A DNA stretch of 64,000 bases from contig MCFH01000100.1 of the NCBI GenBank assembly GCA_002104945.1, forward strand, positions 1 through 64,000. Direction: 5' to 3'. The notes under the pieces were generated by a model that saw nothing but the letters and a program-made list of their open reading frames with translations, did no database searches and had not been told where the DNA came from. The stretch comes from Piromyces finnis finn. Lineage: Eukaryota; Fungi; Neocallimastigomycota. Of the stretch, positions 1 to 11,600 are shown piece by piece; the first letter of the stretch is position 1; each line of letters starts with the position of its first letter. The position numbers were made by a program, and so were the translations under genes.

Positions 1-1284
1 AATAATATTTCAAAATTTTACTTTTATTTTAAAATATGTTATTGAAATAGTAATTAAATTGTTTAATAAAATAAAGATATTTAATATAATTAACCTTGTA
101 ATCTTGTATCCCATCACATTAATTAGGTCGAGAACCAGACTGCCGGTATTAAATAATTAAATTTTGATTATTTTGACATGAAATTTAAATTTTTATATAA
201 TATTAGTTAAATTAAAGCCAATATTTTTTAAAAAAACAAAATCTTTGGTAAAACGTAAAACGATATATCAATATATCTTTTGAAGTTATTTAATTTAGTT
301 TAAAACTTTAATTCTATTTGTTTTATTTAATTTGTTTTTTTTACAGTATATAGTATATAAGAAATAGAACGTATTATTATTAAATTTTTTATATATGATT
401 TTAATATTTTAATTTAATCAAGGTTATGAAATAATCTACTAAATGATTTATTTAATGTATTCGAATTATTAAAATTCATCCATTCGATTAATGTTGTTCA
501 GTTAAATTTCTATATTATTTTTATTGTTAATGAAATTTTATAATAGTTGCTATTTCGCTATTTCTACTACTACTACTACTACTACTAATAATATAATATA
601 TAAATATATATATTACTCAAAATATTATTTATGAATCAAAAAAATATTTTTTTTAAAGAGTAATATTTTATTATTATTATTATTATTATTATTAGTAGTA
701 GTAGTAGTAGTAGTAGAAATAGCGAAATAGCAACTATTATAAAATTTTCATTAACAATAAAAATAATATAGAAATTTAACTGAACAACATTAATCGAATG
801 GATGAATTTTAATAATTCGAATACATTAAATAAATCATTTAGTAGATTATTTCATAACCTTGATTAAATTAAAATATTAAAAATCATATATAAAAAAGTT
901 TAATAATAATACGTTCTATTTCTTATATACTATATACTGTAAAAAAAACAAATTAAATAAAACAAATAGAATTAAAGTTTTAAACTAAATTAAATAACTT
1001 CAAAAGATATATTGATATATCGTTTTACGTTTTACCAAAGATTTTTGTTTTTTTAAAAAATATTGGCTTTAATTTAACTAATATTATATAAAAATTTAAA
1101 TTTCATGTCAAAATAATCAAAATTTAATTATTTAATACCGGCAGTCTGGTTCTCGACCTAATTAATGTGATGGGATACAAGATTACAAGGTTAATTATAT
1201 TTAAATATCTTTATTTTATTAAACAATTTAATTACTATTTCAATAACATATTTTAAAATAAAAGTAAAATTTTGAAATATTATT
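1..1284. repeat. Near-perfect palindrome (arms about 1-592 and 688-1284, spacer about 95 bp); the left arm is cut by the window edge
   Basis: Position 1 pairs with 1284. tcgagaaccagactgccggtatt at 128-150 is the reverse complement of 1134-1156. The (CTA)n/(TAG)n tracts mark the inner ends. The arms differ by a few SNPs/indels. Confidence 0.95.
128..150 (+). promoter_or_regulatory. Conserved GC-rich motif TCGAGAACCAGAC(T/C)GCC(G/A)GTATT of homeodomain-gene upstream regions (copies at 128+, 1134-, 23390+, 32571+, 37101+)
   Basis: The same motif lies about 1.05-1.15 kb upstream of all three homeodomain ATGs and is followed by TTTTGACATGAAATTT. A regulatory role is inferred. Confidence 0.5.
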
Positions 1285-2354
1285 ATAATTTAATAAAATA
1301 TAAATAGGATTATAATAAATTGAATAAAAATTATTTATTATAACTACAACGGAATTTTAATATTTTATTTATGAATTATGGTCATTATAAATTGCGACTG
1401 TATAAAAACAATTATGTATAATTTATTATTTTAATTGTTTTCCAGAGTTTATAGATATATGGCTTTTCAATTTTTTAATTGATATATCAGAATTATTAAT
1501 GAAGTAAATAAACAAAAGAAAAAAATCTATTTAATAAAATAAATAATATATTATAATATTTTTTAATTATTATATTATATCAAATAATGGTAATTCATTA
1601 GCTATATAGAATATATATATAATAGCATTTGTATTTTATTCTATTCTATTTAATATTATTTTATATTATATTATATTATGATATATTAAACAATTACATT
1701 ATAATATTTCTATATTATACACTATATAAAATAATATAAAATGTCTTTTTTCTATTCTATATACATCTTCAAATTATCAAGTAAAATTTTGATATTTGGT
1801 GTAAAATAAAATTAAATCAATAATGGAAGGTACATCTAAGCATCTAGTAATGAAGTATAATCAAATAATATTATTTAAATTCATATGATACATTATAGCC
1901 ATGAAAAATTTTCTTCCTTATATACAATTTGTGGCTTGATTCTAAACTAATAAATATTTAATACAAATACATTAAATTAATACAAATAAGTAAATTGATA
2001 GATATTAAAGTATTTCTATAATATTGCTTTTTTTTTATATATAATTACTCTATAGTAAATCAAACGATATCAAGTGATATTCCATATTAAACATAAATAT
2101 TTCCTTTTTAGCTATTTATTTTATAGCAAAATAAAAAAGACAATGCTTGATATATATTGATTATGTAAAACAAAATAAAAATGACAATATTTAAAGTATT
2201 TACCTATTTACCAAGAGAAGAGGGATTGGTGGGTAATACAAATAATATACAGTATAAAACTAAAAAGGAATATCTATTTACATTATATATTATTATTAAT
2301 AAAAAATAATAATTTTAGTATTAGAAATAAATAATTTATCATATAAAAGACAAA

Positions 2355-2400
<46 letters not shown>
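688..2400 (-). repeat. Inverted copy of the HD-C upstream region (about 35770-37567)
   Basis: tacctatttaccaagagaagagggattggtgggtaatac (about 2200-2240) is the reverse complement of about 36020-36060. The match continues through the conserved motif and the (TAA)n tract. Confidence 0.9.
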
Positions 2401-2401
<1 letters not shown>

Positions 2402-3129
2402 GAGCACAATAACAAAAATAAAATATAAAATTTTAATTTTTTTTTTGTTAATATTTTTATATAAGCATTATTGTTATTATATGATTTATATGTATAATTT
2501 ATTTAAAAACAATATAATAAAGCAATACTAATAATAAATATAAAGGAAATTCAAATAAGATCGCAAATATAAGAAACTATAATAATTATATATATTAAAG
2601 ATTATATATATATTGTTAAATACTTAATTTGCATTTTAAATAAATAGATATATATTCTGGAATTAGTTTGTGTTAACTAATATAATTCTTTAAAACCAAA
2701 ATAATAATTATAATAAATTACATTAGTTTATTAAAACTATAAAATAAAATAAAAAAATAATAAATATATATTAAAAACACTTTATTAAAAAATATTTTTT
2801 AATTCTGGCATAATTGTAATTTTATGAGTTTTTCCTTTTACCTTTTTTGATTAAGATATTTGTAAATGTATTTTTTTTTTTACTTAAACATAAAAAAACT
2901 AAATATAATAAACTCTTTTCTTTATTATAATTAAATAATAGTAGGTGATTTTTGCCTTTCTAAAACTTAATAATATACTACAATTAATTTATACTACATC
3001 CCTATATCTCTATATGAAATATAGTATATGATTTTAATAATAATTATTTCTACAATGTGAAATAATGAAATGTAAATATTTGACAAATATAAGAATACGT
3101 AATGTAGATGTATAATCCCTAGAGTTCCG

Positions 3130-3166
3130 GCCTTATCGTTGAATAACAAATGATCAACGATAAGGC
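3130..3166. other. GC-rich perfect hairpin, 13-bp arms and 11-nt spacer
   Basis: gccttatcgttga-ataacaaatga-tcaacgataaggc, read directly. Confidence 0.85.
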
Positions 3167-4570
3167 TCGTTTATATAAATAGAGTAGAGTAATTATTATT
3201 AAAAATGCTTCTTGTTTATAGTTAATTTTAAATAGTTTATCATTTAAAGTTAAAATTCTAAAATTAACCCTATATCAATTCTGATATGAAATTAATATGT
3301 CTAATAGGTCTCGCTATTAGCTACCTTTTATTTCTATTTAAAATCATTTTTATTATTTAAAGTATTCAATTTCATATTTAAATGTTTATATCAAATATTT
3401 TGTAAAATGAAAATAAAAACCTATATAATTGAATATTACCATAAATGTTATATAAACATAGATTAATGTAATATTAGAATAGATTATTATGTAGTTTCTT
3501 TAGTACATTTTATTTAGTACATTAATGTATTTATTATATTTTTATAATCATGTGATAAATTAAGTAATATAAGTTAATTTTTTAGAAAGAATTTAATTTT
3601 AAATAATATATGTTTTATTAATAACTTTGTTTATTACGTTCCAATATTTCTATTCTATCTAAATACTAAAACGTTAACTCTGTCGTTTTTTACTATTAAA
3701 ACAAGAAGCCTTCTTAATAACAATTATTCCCTAGTCTATTTATACTAATGAGGCTTACTTTATAATTAATTGACCAATTATAAGAATTATATGGATTATA
3801 CATCTACATTATTCTTTTACATTACATGTTCTTATATTTGTTATATATTTACATTTACTTTCTTATACATTATAAAAATAGTTAATAATATAGTATAACT
3901 ATATAAAAAATTGAATAATATAATCAAGTAATATTTTTAAATGAATGAATATTGTAATGTAAAGATTTTTTATTAATATTTAAATTGATGTTACGATATT
4001 TTGATTCGAGAATATATAAAGTATCCCATTGATAAAAAAAATTAAAAATAGATTATTAATTTTATTTTTATATTTTAAGTACTATGTCTCATAATAATGA
4101 CTTTAATTATTTGATTTTTTACTTTAAAACTAAAATTAAATATTGTAAATTTGAAAATAGAAAGGTTTTTAAAATTTAAACTCTAATGCTTTAAAAATGT
4201 TAAAATCGACTGTGTAATATAGTTAAACAGAAATAAAGTTTAATGCTTAAAAACTTTCTATTAATTAATTTTCAAAATAAACTACAATTGATTAATAAAA
4301 GTTTAAATAGGTTAAAAATAGTTTAAAATCTTATTTATTTCGAAATTTGTATACCTTTATTTTTGTATTATTGGACTATTCTAAAAGAAATAGATGACAC
4401 AAAAAAAGTTAAAAATTCAAGTATAAAAATTCGTTTTCTTTTTTTTTTTTTTTGTTTTTTTGTTTTTGTTTTTCTATTTTATCTTTACTTTTTTTTTAAA
4501 AATAATAAAAGAAAATAAATTAACAATTAAATAACAATTTTTTTTTACTTTTTTTAATAAATTATTAAAA

Positions 4571-6156
4571 ATGTTTTACGATATTAATAATATTAATAAC
4601 ATTAATTATCAACAATTTGATATACTAAACTCAAAGAATTCTAATAATTCCATTTTAAATCTTCAAAGTGGTAATTTCTCTGATGTGTTAGATCCTACCT
4701 TGACGAACTTTACTCAAAACAATATTAAGAATATTCAGGTTACTTCCCATCCAAATATTGTCTCTCTTCCTTTTAATACTAACTACCTCTTTGATAATTT
4801 TGGTAATAACACTGTAAAAACAATATATGACAAGAATAATTATCAAAATAATAATAATCAAGTGAATTACATTCCAGCTATTGATATTAATAACAATTTT
4901 AATATTATTAATCATAATAATAATATTATTAGTGATATAAATATCAATAATAATATTGATTTTGGAAATTTAATCAATAATGAATTTATACTCAAAAATA
5001 ATAATAATTATAATTATAATAATTATAATAATTATTTAACTATTGTTAATAAGAATAATAATATTAATAATAATCAAATCTATATTAGTCAAATTAATAA
5101 TGGCCATATCAACAATCTAGTCAATTGCGATCAATTGAATTATAATCAAAATATTAATTATCAAGTAATCAATAATGATTTTATGAATTATGATCAAAAT
5201 GTTAATAATATTATTAATATCAACAATAATATCAATAATAATATCAACAATAATATCAATAATAATATCAATAATAATATCAATAATATCAGTATTGATG
5301 TTTATAAAAACGCTTTTAATAATAAAATTGATTATTATAATTATTATTATATTCCATCTAATGAAAATGATGACTTTTCAAATGAAGTAAGAAAATTAAT
5401 TCAACAAGCTTCAAATAGAATTGAAATATTAAGATTAGCAAAAGCAATGGATCAAGAATATCTTTTGTATTTTATGGAAGAATTGAATGATTGTGATGTT
5501 GAGTTTTTATTGAAAGATAAAGATATTTTACAAAAAATATCAACCATTTACACATCATTCATTTTCAATGAAAAAAGAAAATATGGTAATAAAATACCTC
5601 GTCCATTAAATTGTTTTATGATTTTTAAAAAATACTTGACCTACTATTTTAAACAAAACAATGCAATTCACTATAATTATAAAATTTTAAATGGATATTT
5701 TGGAGAATTATGGAAATGTCAAAATGATGAGGTAAAGAACGCTTTTATTCACCGTCAAAACATTCATAAAATAATTCATCATTATGTGTATGTATATATT
5801 TATACAATTATGTATTTATGTATTTTAATATTTTAATATTTAATTATAATAATATAATTAATTAAATATGATTATTAATAAAATTAAAATTATTAAATTA
5901 ATAATATTATTCTAATATATTTAATATTTTAATGGTATCAAAATGATTCAACAGATATAAAGGTTACAAGTTTATTCAAACCAAAGGCAAAAATAAGCAT
6001 GATTATAGATTCATTATAAGTAAGATGAAAAAGATGATAAAAGAAAATAAAATGAAGAAATGCCTTAAATATTTAGAAATGATAAAACCTGAAGATAGAA
6101 TAAAACATCGAGATGAAATTATCGAAATACTTAATTTTTTAAAGAAAAAAATCTAA
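4571..6156 (+). CDS. HMG-box transcription factor copy 1 (MATA_HMG-like), join(4571..5787,5955..6156), 472 aa, Asn-rich N-terminus
   Basis: KIPRPLNCFMIF...GELWK...HHYV|YKGYKF. A GTATGT donor at 5788 and a CAG acceptor at 5954 give an in-frame 202-nt exon 2 ending LKKKI-TAA. The same splice structure occurs in all three copies. Confidence 0.9.
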
Positions 6157-7000
6157 GCATTCAATATTTTCAAATTTAAAATTATAAAATATTGAATTTA
6201 AGGTTATAAAAATAAATAAAATAAGGTTGTTTTTTTTATATTTAACAAAATAAACTTTTATTTGTAATACTTATTCTTATAATAAATATATAAATTTTAA
6301 TGAAAAAAAAATATATTACTAATATTATAATATTTTTTTAATATAATAAAAAATTAAATAAAAAAAAAATTTCATAAAGAAATTTTAAATAATTATCATC
6401 TTATTAAATATATAATATGTTTAAAATATAAATTAAAGAATGTTATAGTTTTAGGTGTTTCACTAGTTCATTGTTTTATGTTTTAAGCTTTTTTTTTTTT
6501 TTTTTTTTTTTTTTTATGGTATAACAAAACATTACATATCCATAATAATTTTTTAATCTAAATTTAACTCTATTAATTATTAAATATATTCAATTTTACT
6601 TTTAATAATTCAATATAAATTTACCGAACTTTATATTGTAAAAAAAATGTTTTTTTAAATATTTTATTTAATAAATAATTTTATAAATAAGTAAAATGAA
6701 ATATTTATACATTAATAATAAGAAAAACACAAAATCCATTTTAATTATTGAATAAAACTTTTTTATTTTATTTTATTTTATTTATTGTTTTTTTATTATT
6801 AAAATATAATTTTTATAATTATTTAAATTTATTATATAAAAGGATTTATATACATGTGAGTATTTTAAAATATATTTAAAATTATGAAATTATAGTAATT
6901 GATAAAAAGTAAAAAAAAATGTTTTATTTATTTATTCATTTATAAAATTAAAATTATTAATAAGGCTTTATATTATTTTTTTATTAGTTTGATTCGTTGT

Positions 7001-7150
7001 TCATTGAACGACACAGCTACAAGTAACATATGGATTAATGTTACTTTTAATTTTATTTTTAGTTATACCATTTTTTGATTTTATAGAATTTGCAACAACT
7101 CTAGCACCAGTAGCTTTTAATAAAACGGAATTTGAATTTGAACTTGGCAT
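7001..7150 (-). CDS. 49-aa CaaX peptide P1, putative lipopeptide pheromone precursor: MPSSNSNSVLLKATGARVVANSIKSKNGITKNKIKSNINPYVTCSCVVQ
   Basis: Hand translation: ATG in AAA-ATG context, 150 nt, ends CVVQ-TGA. Three more intact copies exist. The pheromone function is inferred. Confidence 0.75.
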   Translation of the reverse strand: MPSSNSNSVLLKATGARVVANSIKSKNGITKNKIKSNINPYVTCSCVVQ

Positions 7151-10008
7151 TTTATTTTTTATTTGATTAATATTCGTGGAATATAGATGAAATTTATTAC
7201 TTTTTTAAATACTTTAAATTTAAATAATAGCAATATCTTTTTAAAATATTATTAAATTTTGATTTTTGAATTTCGATTATTATATTGAGAGAAGATTTAA
7301 ATAATAAAATTCAATTTTAAAATAATAAATAATCAAGAAAACAAATGCTTCTTATATATACTTTTATAAACCATTATTACAATTGCTATCCTATATAAAA
7401 TTACATTTTATTAAAGTTATTATTCTTTATAATTAACAACATTATTGTTATTAAATTTTAAAAGATAGGAGTTAAAACATATTATTAAAAGTTCCTATTT
7501 AATCTAAAAAGAATATACATATAATAGAACTAATAATATAACTTTAATTTACTTTTATTAATATTTTATAATTATTAAAAAATATTAATACTTAATTTTT
7601 ATTTTCCTTTTTTTAAAATTTAATAATTAATTAGATTAAACGAATATTCAAAAAGTTTGTATTAAAAATGAATTAAAACAGGAGAAGATAAATTTTATAT
7701 GGGCATAAAACTATAATGTATTAGAATTAAAAAACGGAATAATTTTGTAATTCTTATAAAATATTTGATAGTATTTAAACTTTACAACAATTTTAAAAAT
7801 ATAAATGTGACTATTTTACATTCCTATTACAAAAATAATAATTATTATAAAGATATTTTATTATTATTGTAATGATGAATAAACATTGTTTATGTTTTAA
7901 TTAATAAAAACCATATGATAATGTATCTTTTCTTAAAATTTAATTATTTAATAAGATTACTAATTATTATAATTAAATAAAAGAAAAAGATGTATTTTAA
8001 ATCATTAGTTATTTTATTACTCTTCTTCCAATTATGAATAACATAATTTATTAATTGAAACAATATATTATTACAGTTAAACCAGATTTCATATACAATA
8101 TATTAATAGTATTGTTTAGTTTAGTAATTATTTGTCTTTTTAATTAATAAATTATATCAATATAATTAGGTATTTATATTCTCATAGGATTTAAATATTT
8201 ATTGATAAAATTATTAAAATGAAAAATTATTATTATTTAAAAATATTATAGCGTTAAATGAAAATTATAAAAATAAGAAGTTTATGTATTTTATATAATA
8301 TTTAAATATTTATTTTCATTTTCATTATCAACATAGTTCATAAAGTACATTTAAAATAAATAAATAGGTTTCTATTTTCTCGAAATACAAAATATAAATA
8401 TATTTTTTTATCTTTTCTTCTTTTCCTTTCCCACTAATTAATTTTAAATTTTAATATAAAATGTGGATTATTTTTATTTTTTTTTTTATATTTATTAAAC
8501 TTTTTAAAAAATAACAAAGAAAACTTTTTAATTAAAAAATTGACCAATAAACATTCAAAATCAATAATTAAAAGATCTTTAAAAAAAGTTTACCTTTTAC
8601 TAAAACACTACTAAATGAATTGATGAATTGTTATCTTTTAATTATATAATGTTATTATTAATAAATCTTTATAATATTTTAATATTGGTAAATTGTATTT
8701 TAATAAGAATATTTAATATATTTTATAAACTAATTAATTATATTAACTAATACTAATACTTTAAATATTACTATTAATATATTAATATATTATATTGCTA
8801 TTAAAAGTTTACCTTAAACTTAAAAGAAATGTTGAGTATTTTTAATATGCCATTTAAATAAAAATAAGATAGGATTATTAAATATTTTATAGAAAATACC
8901 ACCAATACCATTTAAATTATAATATCTTAACTATATTAAATATTAATATCAAAACATATTAAAATAATATATAAATACTAATAAGATTTTTTAAAATAAA
9001 AAATAATATATATGAAATCTGGTTTAACTGTAATAATATATTGTTTCAATTAATAAATTATGTTATTCATAATTGGAAGAAGAGTAATAAAATAACTAAT
9101 GATTTAAAATACATCTTTTTCTTTTATTTAATTATAATAATTAGTAATCTTATTAAATAATTAAATTTTAAGAAAAGATACATTATCATATGGTTTTTAT
9201 TAATTAAAACATAAACAATGTTTATTCATCATTACAATAATAATAAAATATCTTTATAATAATTATTATTTTTGTAATAGGAATGTAAAATAGTCACATT
9301 TATATTTTTAAAATTGTTGTAAAGTTTAAATACTATCAAATATTTTATAAGAATTACAAAATTATTCCGTTTTTTAATTCTAATACATTATAGTTTTATG
9401 CCCATATAAAATTTATCTTCTCCTGTTTTAATTCATTTTTAATACACACTTTTTGAATATTCGTTTAATCTAATTAATTATTAAATTTTAAAAAAAAGGA
9501 AAATAAGAATTAAATATTAATATTTTTTTTAATAATTATAAAATATTAATTAATAAATAAACAAATATTAAAGCAAATTAAAATTATATTATCAACTTCA
9601 CTATATACGTTCTTTTCAGATTAAAAAAGTACTTTTAATAATACGTTTTAACTCCTATCTTTGAAATTTAATAGCATTTATTGTTGTTAATAATTAAGAA
9701 TAATAACTTTAATAAAATGTAATTTTATATAGGATAGCAATTGTAATAATGGTTTATAAAAGTATATATAAGAAGCATTTGTTTTCTTGATTCTTTTATT
9801 ATTTTAAAATTGAATTTTATTATTTAAATCTTTTCTCAATTTAATAATCGAAAATCCAAAAATCAAAATTTAATAATACTTAAAAAAGATATTTCTATAA
9901 AATATTTAAATATAAATTATTTAAATATATATTGTTTAAATTTAAAGTATTTAAAAGAGTAATAAATTTCATCTATATTCCACGAATACTAATCAAATCA
10001 AAAATAAA

Positions 10009-10158
10009 ATGCCAAGTTCAAATTCAAATTCCGTTTTATTAAAAGCTACTGGTGCTAAAGTTGTTGCAAATTCTATAAAATCAAAAAATGGTATAACTAA
10101 AAATAAAATTAAAAGTAACATTAATCCATATGTTACTTGTAGCTGTGTCGTTCAATGA
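10009..10158 (+). CDS. 49-aa CaaX peptide P2 (as P1 but K17 instead of R17)
   Basis: atgccaagttca...tgtagctgtgtcgttcaatga, 150 nt, in the opposite arm of the inverted repeat. Confidence 0.75.
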   Translation: MPSSNSNSVLLKATGAKVVANSIKSKNGITKNKIKSNINPYVTCSCVVQ

Positions 10159-10726
10159 ACAACGAATCAAACTAATAAAAAAATAATATAAAGACTTATT
10201 TATAATTTTAATTTTACAAATGAATAAATAAATAAAACATTTTTTTTTACTTTTTATCAATTACTATAATTTCATAATTTTAAATATATTTTAAAATACT
10301 CTCACATGTATATATAAATCCTTTTATATAATAAATTTAAATAGTAATAAAAATTATATTTTAATAATAAAATAAAATTAAAAAGTTTTATTCAATAATT
10401 AAAATGGATTTTTTGTTTTTCTTATTATTAATGTATAAATATTTCATTTTACTTATTTATAAAATTATTTATTAGATAAAATATTTAAAAAACATTTTTT
10501 TTTTACAGTATAAATTTAATTAAGTATAATCAATGAAATGTTAAATTAGGATTATAAAATTACCAGTAACAATAATTGTAATTATTTTTTAAATTTTATT
10601 TATATTATATAAATGTATACATTAATTATATCAAAACAAACTTAAACTTTATTACAATAAATGTTTTTTTTTATAATAAAAAGTTAAAAATAATAATTAT
10701 TAAAAATAATTAATTTAACTAATAAA

Positions 10727-11600
10727 GAACATTTAAAAATAAATAAAATAAGTTTTTATTTTCTCAAAATATAAAATATAAATATATTATTTTATCTTTT
10801 CTTCTCTTTAGCAACTTTTTTCTTTTTCGTATCTTCTACTTTTCCCACTAATTAATTTTAAATTTTAATATAAAATGTGGATTATTTTTATTTTATTTTT
10901 TTTTATATTTATTAAACTTTTTAAAAAATAACAAAGAAAACTTTTTAATTAAAAAATTGACCAATAAACATTCAAAATCAATAATTAAAAGATCTTTAAA
11001 AAAAGTTTTAACTTTTACTAAAGCACTTCTAAATGAATTGATGAATTGTTATCTTTTAATTATATAATGTTATTATTATTAATTCTTTATAATATTTTAA
11101 TATTGATAAATTGTATTTTTATAAGAATATTTAATATATTTTATTAACTAATTAATTATATTAATTAATACTTAAAGTATTAGTATTACCTAAAGTTTTC
11201 TTATTTTAATTAAGCTTTGAGTGTTTTTAATATACCATATATATAAAAATAATATATAATTATTATATATTATTATCAATATTTTAATATCTTATTATTT
11301 ATTATATATTGAATATCAATATTAAGGCATATTAAAACATTTTATAAATAGTATTAAGATTAAAAAAATAAAACATTATTTATGAAAATTGGTTTAATCA
11401 TAATAATGCATTGTCACAACTATTTAATCATATTATTCATTATTTTAAGAAGAATAACTTATAATTTGAAAATGCACCCTTTTATTTAATTATAATATAA
11501 CTTGTAACCTTATTTAATAATTTAATTTTTATAAAGATACATTATTACATGTATTTTATTAACTAAAAATTAAAATATGAACATATCATCTTATTATGAA
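10727..11600 (+). repeat. Partial, diverged tandem copy of the peptide-gene upstream cassette, no peptide ORF
   Basis: Repeats 8345 onward (aaaatgtggattatt...taacaaagaaaactttttaattaaaaaattgaccaataaacattc) and loses similarity before the ORF position. Confidence 0.75.

Larger units (their letters stand above)
6628..10515. repeat. Inverted repeat, arms about 6628-8095 and 9009-10515, each carrying one CaaX peptide gene
   Basis: Arm-to-arm reverse-complement matches include accagatttcatata/tatatgaaatctggt, gtgactattttacattcc/ggaatgtaaaatagtcac and the peptide ORFs themselves. Confidence 0.9.

Noticed and set aside
5788-5836. Hydrophobic C-termini of the HMG and HD ORFs in the track (YVYIYTIMYLCILIF, VSYLLLSIL etc.) as TM anchors
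   Set aside because: Read-through into introns; conserved GT-AG splicing gives proper domain ends.
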